The position numbers and the translations under genes are program-made. Below, piece after piece: positions 1 through 8,967 of a stretch of 64,000 nucleotides of DNA. Position 1 is the first letter of the stretch, and each line of letters begins with the position of its first letter. The stretch is taken from positions 44,220 through 108,219 of the forward strand of contig CAMWRV010000001.1 in the NCBI GenBank assembly GCA_947176745.1, read 5' to 3'. The DNA comes from an uncultured Muribaculaceae bacterium (GTDB lineage Bacteria; Bacteroidota; Bacteroidia; Bacteroidales; Muribaculaceae). Below the pieces are notes generated by a model, which was not told the DNA's origin, searched no databases, and saw only the letters and a program-made list of their open reading frames with translations.

Positions 1-599
1 ATCTGAACGAATTCGTAGAGCCCGCACCCTGCCCAGAACGAATCGCGCTGATAGCGGTTGATTTGGTTGAAGGCATCCTTGATGCTCACACCACGTCGTT
101 TCAGCTCCATATGGACAAGTGGCAGACCGTTCACAAGTATCGTCACATCGTAGCGGTTCTCGTAAGCCCCGCCTTCAGGCACATACTGGTTGATGACCTG
201 AAGGTGGTTGTTGTGGATATTCGCTTTATCAATGATGCTGATGTTGGCAGTAGAACCGTCCTCCCGGACAATCGTCTTTCGGTTATCCTCCTGAATGGAG
301 CGGGTCTTCTCAACAATACCGTGGTTAGGGTTGCCTAGATGCTCGGAAAAAAACAATTGCCATTCATTGTCTGTGAACTGTATGTTGTTGAGCCGTTCAA
401 TCTGGCGGCGTAGATTGGCTTTGAGGTCGGCCTCGCTTGTAATATTAACGCACTCGTATGCCTGGCGTTCAAGCTGACGCATAAAGTCTGCTTCCATCTC
501 GGCTTCGCTCTGATATTGGGCGGAGCTGCGATAGCCCGGTTCAAATTCGGCGACGATGGTCGATTCAGGATTCTCCGATATTAGGTCGTAATTTGCCAT
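1..599 (-). CDS. hsdR: Type I restriction endonuclease R subunit (HsdR), N-terminal ~199 codons; the gene runs off the left window edge
   Basis: Absent from the ORF track because it is open at the edge. My own minus-strand translation from the ATG at 599-597 reads MANYDLISENPESTIVAEFEPGY...NRYDVTILVNGLPLVHMELKRRGVSIKDAFNQINRYQRDSFWAGCGLYEFVQ with no stop down to base 1. This is the typical HsdR N-terminal pattern, and the gene lies downstream of hsdM/hsdS on the same strand. Confidence 0.85.
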   Translation of the reverse strand, partial: MANYDLISENPESTIVAEFEPGYRSSAQYQSEAEMEADFMRQLERQAYECVNITSEADLKANLRRQIERLNNIQFTDNEWQLFFSEHLGNPNHGIVEKTRSIQEDNRKTIVREDGSTANISIIDKANIHNNHLQVINQYVPEGGAYENRYDVTILVNGLPLVHMELKRRGVSIKDAFNQINRYQRDSFWAGCGLYEFVQ

Positions 600-603
600 G
601 GAT

Positions 604-694
604 TTTGGTATTTTAGGGTATTTTAGGGTGTTTAAGGGCTTAAGGTCACTAAGGTCATTAAGGGCTTTAAAAGACTTTAGGGTCGCTGAGGGTG
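604..694. repeat. Phased T(T/A)AGG(G/T) repeat array of about 8 copies, mostly 8-10 bp apart, filling the spacer between the four-helix-bundle gene and hsdR
   Basis: Read directly: ggtattttagggtattttagggtgtttaagggcttaaggtcactaaggtcattaagggctttaaaagactttagggtcgctgagggtg. Cores start near 614, 624, 633, 641, 650, 659, 678 and 688. Confidence 0.8.
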
Positions 695-1240
695 TTAGAA
701 TCCTCGGTTCTTGCGTCTGATGGCTGACATTCGCTCAGAGAATCCGCCATTGTTGATAAAGTCGTTTGAGAGTCTTTCCAGTTGCCTGAACAGGAGATAG
801 TCTGCCTGATTAATAAGGATGATGGCCATATTTGCTATAGTTTGAGGAGGTCTGGTCTCGATTAGTCTCATAAAGTAATCAGCCTCATTGTGTTCCCTGC
901 CCAGACGTCGCATGGCCTCAAATTCTGCGCTCCCCTTGTCCCACTGTTTATGTCCTCGTGTTTTAAGATAGTCTTCGTAGTCTTCGAGCAATTCCTTTAG
1001 ACTGGCCTTGGCCACATTGATGAGTTTGATTTCGGTCTTGGCCGAAGTGGATGCCGCAGAGCAACCTTCCACAATATTCTGCTTGCCGCTTCGTGCGGCC
1101 TGTATCATCTGATCGACTGTACGATCACCACGAGTCAGATACTTCTTGCAGAAAAAATATGTGATTTGGTAAATCACATCACTTTTCTGATAGGTAAGCA
1201 GATTCTTGTAATTGCCAATATTCGGAATCAGTTCATTCAT
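695..1240 (-). CDS. Four-helix-bundle protein (family formerly called 23S rRNA-intervening-sequence protein) embedded in the type I R-M operon
   Basis: 181-aa ORF. YQKSDVIYQITYFFCKKYL...QMIQAARSGKQNIVEG...NVAKASLKELLEDYEDYL matches my recollection of this family. It overlaps the hsdS stop by 4 nt. Confidence 0.7.
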   Translation of the reverse strand: MNELIPNIGNYKNLLTYQKSDVIYQITYFFCKKYLTRGDRTVDQMIQAARSGKQNIVEGCSAASTSAKTEIKLINVAKASLKELLEDYEDYLKTRGHKQWDKGSAEFEAMRRLGREHNEADYFMRLIETRPPQTIANMAIILINQADYLLFRQLERLSNDFINNGGFSERMSAIRRKNRGF

Positions 1241-2478
1241 GCGCTCAAGGGTTTGAATGTTAAAAGTTTATTTCGGTAATATTCGTACTGCTCCTTGACT
1301 GCGGCGATTTCTGCGGGCAGACCTTGTGTCAGGTCGTTAACCAAGGTCTCGAAGCGGTCAAGGATAGCAACAATCTTCTCCTGTAGCTCAAGGGGTGGTA
1401 TGGGGAATTGCATCTTCTTAAGTTTCCCCATATCAACGGAAGCAAATCCGGATACATTAGTATTGTTCTTACAAAATTCATCTACAATGAACATATAGTA
1501 ATAGACAAACTTGGGTACAAGTTTATTATCCAGCGATTTACGAACCTTAAGGTTCGTAAATCGCTGATTCGCAAGCGAATCGGCGATTAGCATGGCATGT
1601 TCACCGATTGTTGCTGTAGTTGCAAGGATAAATGAGTTCCTTTTAAAAAGTCCTTTGCCTTTGATGGCTGCCGGGGTGATATGCTGATACGAGTCTGAAA
1701 GAATACGGCCAAAGTCTCTTATATCTTCCATCCTGAACCAAGGAATTGTACCGCCATCCCAAAACACAGGATTGTTTTTGGATGGTGTATAACCGTTACG
1801 CATTTCAAATACCTCGCCCATAGTTTTCCAAACAATTTTGTAACTATGCCCCCCCCAGGTAGTTATCTTTATCTCTTGCTCACCATCGGTCCCGCAGCCG
1901 CAGGCGGAGGGATTGAAGGTGAGTAAGAGATTACGATAATATTCGTATTGCTCCTTACGCGCTTGCAGCTCCGCTTGCAGCTCCGCTTGCAGCTCCGCTG
2001 CATAGTCCGCGAAGCGGTCGAGAATTTTTACTATTTCCTCCTGCACCTCAATCGGCGGTACGGGAATCGGGAACTGTTCGATTGCAGTTCTTGCCAATCT
2101 GGGAATACTTGCTGTTCGAACCCTTGATTTGAGGAATATTTGATTGTTCGAAAGCTGATAATAAACATACTTACTAATTATTTTAGAAGAACATATTATC
2201 GAATAACAATCATCTGCACCCCAATATGGTATAGCACTATATCCGATCTCACCAGCAGCTCCTGCACCTATGACAAAAGTAGTATCAGCATTAAAATTGG
2301 ATTTCGAATAGTAGCCAAGGGGCGTTAGGCTATTTTGATATACTGGAATACTTCCCTCAATCGCAAGGTCGCTTTTAACGACTCTAACACCTCGTTTGAT
2401 TTCAGCTATGTTACCCAACGTAGTATATTCCACCCCATTTGGGCAAAGGTGGTCGATTAGTTCTTTCAGCTTGCTCAT
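1237..2478 (-). CDS. hsdS: Type I restriction-modification specificity subunit HsdS with two target-recognition domains
   Basis: 413 aa. The conserved-region motif is duplicated (EEIVKILDRFADYAAELQ...KEQYEYYRNLLLTF and EKIVAILDRFETLVNDL...KEQYEYYRNKLLTF). It overlaps hsdM by 4 nt. Confidence 0.9.
   Translation of the reverse strand: MSKLKELIDHLCPNGVEYTTLGNIAEIKRGVRVVKSDLAIEGSIPVYQNSLTPLGYYSKSNFNADTTFVIGAGAAGEIGYSAIPYWGADDCYSIICSSKIISKYVYYQLSNNQIFLKSRVRTASIPRLARTAIEQFPIPVPPIEVQEEIVKILDRFADYAAELQAELQAELQARKEQYEYYRNLLLTFNPSACGCGTDGEQEIKITTWGGHSYKIVWKTMGEVFEMRNGYTPSKNNPVFWDGGTIPWFRMEDIRDFGRILSDSYQHITPAAIKGKGLFKRNSFILATTATIGEHAMLIADSLANQRFTNLKVRKSLDNKLVPKFVYYYMFIVDEFCKNNTNVSGFASVDMGKLKKMQFPIPPLELQEKIVAILDRFETLVNDLTQGLPAEIAAVKEQYEYYRNKLLTFKPLSA
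1961..2002 (-). repeat. Perfect 3 x 12-bp tandem repeat (plus a partial fourth unit) encoding AELQ-AELQ-AELQ in the central conserved region of HsdS
   Basis: Plus strand reads gcttgcagctcc gcttgcagctcc gcttgcagctcc gctgca. The protein reads DYAAELQAELQAELQARKEQ. Confidence 0.95.
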
Positions 2479-4043
2479 ACTGTTTCGGCTTCAAGTTCAC
2501 GGATTATCGCGTCGATTTCGGCGCGGAGGCGGTTCTCATGCTCCACGATGCGGGCAATGCGGGCGTTAAGCTCCTTTATGTCGGTCTGCGGACGAGTGTC
2601 CTCGGCTTCGACATAGCTGCTGACCGACAGGTTATAGCCGTTTTCGGCTATGGCGGCATTGTCAACCAAGGCCGAGAAGTGCTTGACTTCTTTGCGGTCG
2701 GCATATTCCGCTACGATGGTGGCTATGTTGTCGGGTGAGAGTTTGTTTTTGTTGCCCTCATGCACAAAAAGGCCGGAGGCGTCGATAAACAAAGTCTTGT
2801 TTTCGCGCTTCGATTTCTTCAGCACAATGATACAGGTGGCGATAGTCACACCGAAAAACAGATTAGGCGGTAACTGAATCACCGTGTCGATATAGTTGTT
2901 GTCAACAAGATACTGGCGAATCTTCTGCTCCTTGCCACTGCGATAAAGCACGCCGGGGAACTCTACTATCGCAGCCGTTCCCTCGGTAGAGAGCCACGAA
3001 AGCATGTGCATGGTAAAAGCAAGGTCGCTCTTGCTCTTAGGTGCGAGTACACCGGCAGGGGCATATCGGGGGTCGTTTATCAGCAGAGGATTGTCGTCGC
3101 CGACCCACTTTGTGGAGTAGGGAGGATTGGAGACTATGGCATCGAACGGCTCGTCATCCCAGTGGTATGGCTCGAGAAGCGTGTCGCCGTTGTGGATATC
3201 GAAATCTGCATAATTGATGTTGTGCAAAAACATATTGATTCGGCACAGGTTGTAGGTGGTGATGTTCAGCTCCTGACCGAAGAAGCCTTTTTTGACATTG
3301 TGTTTACCGAGGACTTTGGCGAACTGCAACAGTAGTGAGCCGGAGCCACATGCAGGGTCATAGACCTTGTTCACATGGTCGCGTCCATGACTCACGATAC
3401 GGGCAAGCAATTCGCTCACCTCTTGAGGCGTGTAATATTCGCCGCCGCTCTTGCCGGCGTTGGAGGCGTACATCGCCATGAGGTATTCGTATGCGTCTCC
3501 GAAAAGGTCAATCCGGTTATCGTCGTACTCGCAACCGAGGTCTATGCCGCCAATATTGTTGAGTATTTTCGTGAGCTGTTCGCAACGTTTCTCTACCGTG
3601 CCACCGAGTTTGTTGGAGTTAACATCAATGTCGGCGAACAGACCTTTGAGGTCATCCTCGCTCTCTGTGCCGATGGCAGATGCTTCAATCGACTTGAATA
3701 TCTCGGCAAGGGTAACATTGAGGTTGGGGTCATTCTTCGCTTTCGCCCTGACATTGCAGAACAATTGCGATGGAAGGATAAAGAACCCTTTTTCTTTGAC
3801 AAGCTGCTCGCGAGCCGACTCCGCTTCTTCATCGGAGAACTTGGCATAGTCGAAACCGCTTTCACCGGCTTCGTGCTGCATCTTGTTGACATAGTTGGTT
3901 ATATTCTCCGAAATAAAGCGATAGAAAAGTATTCCAAGAACATAGCTCTTGAAGTCCCAGCCATCGACCGAGTTGCGCAAGTCCTCTGCAATAGCCCATA
4001 TCGCCTTGAATAGTTCCTGTTTCTGTTGGGTGCTTGTGGCCAT
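2475..4043 (-). CDS. hsdM: Type I restriction-modification N6-adenine DNA methyltransferase subunit HsdM
   Basis: AdoMet motif VYDPACGSGSLL and catalytic motif IVSNPPYS. I place the start at the ATG at 4043 (MATSTQQKQELF...) rather than the track start at 4088. Confidence 0.92.
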   Translation of the reverse strand: MATSTQQKQELFKAIWAIAEDLRNSVDGWDFKSYVLGILFYRFISENITNYVNKMQHEAGESGFDYAKFSDEEAESAREQLVKEKGFFILPSQLFCNVRAKAKNDPNLNVTLAEIFKSIEASAIGTESEDDLKGLFADIDVNSNKLGGTVEKRCEQLTKILNNIGGIDLGCEYDDNRIDLFGDAYEYLMAMYASNAGKSGGEYYTPQEVSELLARIVSHGRDHVNKVYDPACGSGSLLLQFAKVLGKHNVKKGFFGQELNITTYNLCRINMFLHNINYADFDIHNGDTLLEPYHWDDEPFDAIVSNPPYSTKWVGDDNPLLINDPRYAPAGVLAPKSKSDLAFTMHMLSWLSTEGTAAIVEFPGVLYRSGKEQKIRQYLVDNNYIDTVIQLPPNLFFGVTIATCIIVLKKSKRENKTLFIDASGLFVHEGNKNKLSPDNIATIVAEYADRKEVKHFSALVDNAAIAENGYNLSVSSYVEAEDTRPQTDIKELNARIARIVEHENRLRAEIDAIIRELEAETV

Positions 4044-4057
4044 ATCAAATAAAGAGA

Positions 4058-4113
4058 AACCCCGACGTAGCATCTGAAGGCTGACCAAAGCCTGTAACGA
4101 CTACGAAGGGGTT
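4058..4113 (-). terminator. Terminator-like stem-loop followed by a U-rich run. It lies about 130 nt downstream of the catalase stop and ends 14 nt before the hsdM ATG.
   Basis: Arms aaccccgacgtag (4058-4070) and ctacgaaggggtt (4101-4113) pair 6+5 bp with a 2-nt internal mismatch. An inner aggct/agcct hairpin is present. The minus-strand 3' flank reads tctctttatttg. Confidence 0.45.
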
Positions 4114-4245
4114 CTCAAAGTTTTCTCGGCTCTCGCCGTATATCTTTGTGATAATTATCCGGTCATTTTCAGATTAACGTTACTTACCTTGATTACAAAG
4201 ATACATAGAAATTCTGACATGGCAATCGAATATGCCCGGAAACTG

Positions 4246-5751
4246 TTATTTCGCTGTCGTGCGCTTGTCCCAGACAGGATTGGCCGGATCTTCGGCTACG
4301 AGAGCCTCGTCAAGATCTATGCCGAGTGCGGTGGCGAGCATGGCGCCGTATTCCTTGTCGGCGTTGTGACATGCACGGACGTGCCGTTGTCTGATGAATA
4401 GAGGAACGCCCTTCATCTGTGCCGCAGTGTTGTCGCATGTGGCTTTCTTGTCGGCGTCGGTCATCAGACGCCATAGTTTGCCCGGCTGAGTGTAGTAGTC
4501 ATCGTCGAGCTCGCGTTCGTCGTATGTATACGCCGCGCCGTTAAGCTCTAACGGCGGTTCACGGAGTGCCGGATTGTCCTGCCATTCCCCATAGCTGTTC
4601 GGCTCATAGGCTATAGTCGCGCCGTAATTGCCGTCGGTGCGCATCTGCCCGTCGCGGTGGTATGCGTGGAACGGACACCGTGGACGGTTGACGGGAATGA
4701 GATTGTTGTTCACACCAAGACGATAACGCTGGGCATCGCCGTAGGAGAACAGTCTTCCCTGAAGCATCTTGTCGGGCGAGAATCCTATGCCGTCGACAAT
4801 ATTGGCCGGATTGAACGCCGCCTGCTCGATTTCGGCAAAGAAATTCTCAGGATTGCGGTTCAGTTCAAGTATTCCGACATCGCGCAGCGGAAAGTCTTTG
4901 TGATACCACACTTTGGTGAGATCAAAAGGATTGATGCCATATTCTCTGGCTTCTTCCTCGCTCATGAGCTGAACCTGAAGTTTCCAACGGGGGAAGTCTC
5001 CGCGTTCTATGGCTTCGAAAAGGTCGCGCTGGTGCGATTCGCGGTCTTTCGCTATGAGGGCTTCCGCTTCCTGATCTGTCAGATTCTTTATGCCCTGGAG
5101 AGTGCGGAAATGAAATTTCACCCAGGTGCGCCTGTTGTTCTTGTCAATAAAACTGTAGGTGTGGCTTCCGAATCCGTGCATGTGGCGGAAAGAGGCCGGT
5201 ATGCCGCGTGGCGACATGGTGATCGTTATCTGGTGAAGAGCTTCAGGAAGAAGAGTCCAGAAGTCCCAGTTGGCGGCCGGATTGCGCATGCCGGTTCGGG
5301 GATCGCGCTTTATGGCGTGGTTGAGATCCGGAAATTTCAGCGGGTCGCGAAGAAAAAACACGGGGGTGTTATTGCCTACGAGATCCCAGTTCCCTTCGTC
5401 GGTATAGAATTTCATGGCGAAGCCGCGTATGTCGCGTTCGGCATCGGCTGCTCCCCGTTCGCCGGCTACTGTGGAGAATCTGACAAGACACGGAGTCTGT
5501 TTCCCGACTTTGGAGAATATCGATGCCCGGGTGAATTCGCTGATGTCATTGGTGACGGTGAATGTTCCGAATGCCCCCGACCCCTTGGCGTGCATGCGTC
5601 GTTCGGGAATCACCTCTCGGTCGAAATGGGCGATTTTTTCAAGATACCACGGGTTCTGGGCGGTGACGGGTCCTCTGGGGCCTGCTGCCTGTACATTCTG
5701 GTTGTCGGCTACAGCTCGTCCGTTTTCTGCGGTAAGTCTTTTCTTGTCCAT
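4246..5751 (-). CDS. Monofunctional haem catalase
   Basis: 501 aa. Classic catalase motifs are present: [51 protein letters not shown] and [14 protein letters not shown]. Confidence 0.95.
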   Translation of the reverse strand: MDKKRLTAENGRAVADNQNVQAAGPRGPVTAQNPWYLEKIAHFDREVIPERRMHAKGSGAFGTFTVTNDISEFTRASIFSKVGKQTPCLVRFSTVAGERGAADAERDIRGFAMKFYTDEGNWDLVGNNTPVFFLRDPLKFPDLNHAIKRDPRTGMRNPAANWDFWTLLPEALHQITITMSPRGIPASFRHMHGFGSHTYSFIDKNNRRTWVKFHFRTLQGIKNLTDQEAEALIAKDRESHQRDLFEAIERGDFPRWKLQVQLMSEEEAREYGINPFDLTKVWYHKDFPLRDVGILELNRNPENFFAEIEQAAFNPANIVDGIGFSPDKMLQGRLFSYGDAQRYRLGVNNNLIPVNRPRCPFHAYHRDGQMRTDGNYGATIAYEPNSYGEWQDNPALREPPLELNGAAYTYDERELDDDYYTQPGKLWRLMTDADKKATCDNTAAQMKGVPLFIRQRHVRACHNADKEYGAMLATALGIDLDEALVAEDPANPVWDKRTTAK

Positions 5752-5793
5752 AAGATCAAGTGTTTTGTGATTAGTGTGTTTTCTCTATTTATT

Positions 5794-6621
5794 TTATTTC
5801 GGTGTGTTTACAAGTTCATGCCAGTAGGCCCGGCGCAGTGGCACCACAGAATCGTTATGCTCGATCAGCACGGGAGATCCTGTTTCGGGAGATTCGGGCT
5901 CAAGAAGAACTTCTTCGCCGGGGCGAACCACAAAGCGGTATATGACAGTGTTTGCCGATCCTTCGTTCTCAAGTTCGCCGTCGAGCAGTTGTGCCGGTAG
6001 TCCTCTGAGGTCATTGGCCGGACCGTATACGGCCATGCGGTAGTGTTTCCCTTCCTTGTGGTGTCTGCGTTCACGGGAGTTAGAGTCGACGCGATATACC
6101 TTGCCGTTTCCGTCATTGCGCAGACAGAGCACCGGAAACCATCCCTCGCGTATGCTCGGTTCGATGCTGCGCACCTCTTCGTCGGTCAGGCTGTCAAGCA
6201 TTTTTATCTCTTTTTGTGAAAGATATTGCACATCATACACGCCTTCGTCCACCCAGATGTATTGGCCGTCGTCAAGACTCCATCCTCGCCATCCATATTC
6301 TTTCCAGCGTTCGGGGCCTGCTTTGACAATGACGTTTCGAAGCGAATCGTCGATCATTTCCTTATAGTATGATTTCATCTGATCTTTGCTGTCGATGTCG
6401 TGCAGCGGATATGGCCGTTGAATAGGATAAGTCACAAGTTCTGCGAAGCCGGCACTGTCGTTGTCGGCTACCGCGCGGACAAGGAGTTTGACCGTGGCCG
6501 GGAGGGTATCGCTGTTTTCAACGGCGTCCACTCTTGATTCCGATGATGATGAGTTTCCGCATCCGGCCAATGGAATGCCGGCGACTATTGCCATGAATAT
6601 TGCTGATGCTTTGGTAAACAT
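5794..6621 (-). CDS. Hypothetical lipoprotein
   Basis: The track ORF is over-extended. The internal start at 6621 gives MFTKASAIFMAIVAGIPLAGCGNSSS, a lipobox signal peptide. I recognise no family. Confidence 0.6.
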   Translation of the reverse strand: MFTKASAIFMAIVAGIPLAGCGNSSSSESRVDAVENSDTLPATVKLLVRAVADNDSAGFAELVTYPIQRPYPLHDIDSKDQMKSYYKEMIDDSLRNVIVKAGPERWKEYGWRGWSLDDGQYIWVDEGVYDVQYLSQKEIKMLDSLTDEEVRSIEPSIREGWFPVLCLRNDGNGKVYRVDSNSRERRHHKEGKHYRMAVYGPANDLRGLPAQLLDGELENEGSANTVIYRFVVRPGEEVLLEPESPETGSPVLIEHNDSVVPLRRAYWHELVNTPK

Positions 6622-7307
6622 GCCATCATTTTGTTTGTAGTGAAAAATAATCTGTTCTGGTTCTCGTTGCGTCGCGGCATCTGACTGATCTTCCGTGTGG
6701 GAGCGGGTGCAGTTGTCGCGGGTGCCGAAAGTGCCGGCATCTGGTTCTTCAATTGTCTTGACGCGGCTTCGGGGTCTTTGACAAACAGGGTCTCGAATTC
6801 TTCGATCCGGCGCCTCTGAATCTGCGAATGCACTTTCCCCTGGTATCGGCAATGTGCGATATAATTCTCATAGATGTCGCGGTCGCCGGCTTTCAGTTTG
6901 CTTACGACGGATGATCTTGAGGTTGCACCGCTGCCGATATTGTAGGCGAGCACGCCCAGAAGCAACGAGTCTGCGCCGAACTGGCGGAACACCGCGCAGT
7001 TCTTGAGAAGGTCTTTTCTGAGCAATGCCTCGGCGTCTGCCTCGTTCATCGCCTTTGTGCGGCTGAATGTCTCGCCGGGAAGCACCTTGTGACCGTATCC
7101 TACGAACGGCCAATGCTTCGGCTGGTGCATCCCTTCATATTTCTTTATGATCTGAACGGCCTTTTCGAAATCTGACACCGTCTCGCTTTCAGCCGCGGCT
7201 GAGTCTTCGGGGCTGTTGAGGCTCAGACCATATAGACCTTTCATGCCGAATAGGCTGCTGACTGCCATCAGGGCGATTGAGATAGCTGAGATAAGTTTCA
7301 TTTGCAA
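6585..7307 (-). CDS. Secreted lysozyme-like protein (GH24/phage-type lysozyme fold)
   Basis: N-terminal signal peptide MQMKLISAISIALMAVSSLFG. KKYEGMHQPKHWPFVGYGHKV resembles the catalytic EG...GYGH lysozyme motif. Its 3' end overlaps the start of the lipoprotein gene by 37 nt. Confidence 0.6.
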   Translation of the reverse strand: MQMKLISAISIALMAVSSLFGMKGLYGLSLNSPEDSAAAESETVSDFEKAVQIIKKYEGMHQPKHWPFVGYGHKVLPGETFSRTKAMNEADAEALLRKDLLKNCAVFRQFGADSLLLGVLAYNIGSGATSRSSVVSKLKAGDRDIYENYIAHCRYQGKVHSQIQRRRIEEFETLFVKDPEAASRQLKNQMPALSAPATTAPAPTRKISQMPRRNENQNRLFFTTNKMMACLPKHQQYSWQ

Positions 7308-7469
7308 GTCTTTTTCACATAGTCATGCCTGCGGCGACGGATTTGTCTTCTCGCTGGTTTTGCGCCTATGCTGTGATATATGCGGAGTTCTGCCGAAGTC
7401 CGCTTACACAATAGAAAACGCTTTGCCATACAGATGGTTCAGAACTCTTGTTGCCGGGACACAGATATT

Positions 7470-7507
7470 AAAAACAGGCTGCGTGACTTGCCGTGTCATG
7501 CAGCCTG
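7470..7507 (-). terminator. Rho-independent terminator of the alcohol dehydrogenase gene
   Basis: 13-bp stem, caggctgcgtgac (7475-7487) with gtcatgcagcctg (7495-7507). The minus-strand stem is followed by ttttt (aaaaa at 7470-7474 on the plus strand). Confidence 0.75.
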
Positions 7508-7600
7508 TGTCTGTTTCCGGGATGGAGCCTAAGCTCTCTCTGATTTCGGATAATGAGATCGCCTTTTGTCGATATCTGGATTGAGTGTTCAGCCGGAATC

Positions 7601-8773
7601 CTACAAGCTCTCCCGGAGTATCTCCACGATTTCGGCATGGTCCGGAGTCTTGTATCCACCGGTCAGGACAATTGTCGAATCAGCAATCGCATCAAGCATG
7701 TCGGGGGTGACTCCAAGAGAGGAAATATCGGAATCCGCGCCGATCTCCCTGATCCATGCGCCCAGGGCGTCTATGCCCTCTGAAGCCATCTGTTCATCGC
7801 TCTTTCCATTGGCGGGTATACCCCATACGATCTTCGCGAACCGGGCAAAGCGCTTCACTCCGTATTTCATCATGTGGCGGTAGTAGGCCACTGAAATACC
7901 CGACAGTGTCATGCCGTGCGTGGCATCGGTGTGCGCTCCAATGGCCTGTCCTATCATGTGGACCATCCAGTCCTGAGGCTTTCCTTTGCCGATGAGAGTG
8001 TTGAGTGCCCATGTCGACGACCACATCAGGTTCGAGCGCGCCTCATAGTTTTCAGGATCTTTTACTGCCACACGGCTCGACGCGATGACCGACCGCATCA
8101 GCCCCTCGGCGAGATAGTCTGAAGTGCAGTCATCGTCTCCCGAGAAATACTGCTCCATGATGTGGCTCATGCAGTCGAAAATTCCTGCTACCATCTGCCG
8201 TCGGGGGAGAGAGAACGTGTATCTCGGATTGAGTACGGCGAACCGAGGCATCACCTCCTCGCCAAACACTTTCCCGATCTTCATTTTTGTGTCGGGGTTT
8301 GTGATCACCGAGCCACCGTTCATCTCTGATCCTGTGCCGGCCATGGTGAGAACGGCTCCCACAGGTATGATCCGTTCTCCCGGAGCGGGATCTTCCTGTC
8401 TGATCCAGAAGCGTTCCCAGGCATTCCCCTCGTACCACGCAGATACTGCCACTGCTTTGGCATAGTCGATGGTAGATCCCCCTCCGACAGCAAGAATGAA
8501 GTCTGCATCGTTGTCGCGGGCCACCTTGATTCCTTCTTCGAGTTTCTCTACAGTTGGATTTGGCATTACTCCTGACAGTTCAACCACCTCCTTGTCTGTT
8601 GCCCTGAGGGCGGCCATGACATCGTCGTACACTCCATTGCGTCTGATAGAGCCTCCGCCGTAAATAAGCAGGACTTTCCTCCCGAACGGCATGAGTGCTT
8701 CTGCAAGATTTTTCTGTGCTTCATCCCCAAAATATAGTTTGGTGGGATTGGCGTATACAAAATTTCCTAACAT
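7601..8773 (-). CDS. Iron-containing (group III) alcohol dehydrogenase, butanol-dehydrogenase/YqhD-like
   Basis: 390 aa. GGGSIRRNG, AVGGGSTIDYAKAVA and HGMTLSGI are typical Fe-ADH motifs. Confidence 0.88.
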   Translation of the reverse strand: MLGNFVYANPTKLYFGDEAQKNLAEALMPFGRKVLLIYGGGSIRRNGVYDDVMAALRATDKEVVELSGVMPNPTVEKLEEGIKVARDNDADFILAVGGGSTIDYAKAVAVSAWYEGNAWERFWIRQEDPAPGERIIPVGAVLTMAGTGSEMNGGSVITNPDTKMKIGKVFGEEVMPRFAVLNPRYTFSLPRRQMVAGIFDCMSHIMEQYFSGDDDCTSDYLAEGLMRSVIASSRVAVKDPENYEARSNLMWSSTWALNTLIGKGKPQDWMVHMIGQAIGAHTDATHGMTLSGISVAYYRHMMKYGVKRFARFAKIVWGIPANGKSDEQMASEGIDALGAWIREIGADSDISSLGVTPDMLDAIADSTIVLTGGYKTPDHAEIVEILRESL

Positions 8774-8967
8774 CTTCTTGATTTTTAGAATTTTTAGTTT
8801 GGATTATCTTCAACGCAAAATTAGTAAAAATCGGTTACTCTGTAATACCTGTAATGCGGAAATGAATACCTATATCTCTGTATTTGTCCGCGGTGTGTCT
8901 GGTGTGAATGTATCTGGCGTGCATATTGCCGACCATATAATATGAATACAGAATAAGTATATATAAT

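Noticed and set aside
4657-6000. 447-aa plus-strand ORF
   Set aside because: It lies entirely antisense to the catalase gene, whose catalase motifs are unmistakable. The translation is low-complexity and Val/Gly/Arg-rich, typical of a shadow ORF in G+C-rich coding DNA.
6622-6852. Upstream extension of the lipoprotein ORF. Analogous extensions occur at 39710-39868 for uvrB and 4044-4088 for hsdM.
   Set aside because: The internal ATGs give canonical N-termini: a lipobox signal, MDFKLTSEYMPTGDQP for UvrB, and MATSTQQ for HsdM. The extensions overlap neighbouring genes or promoters.
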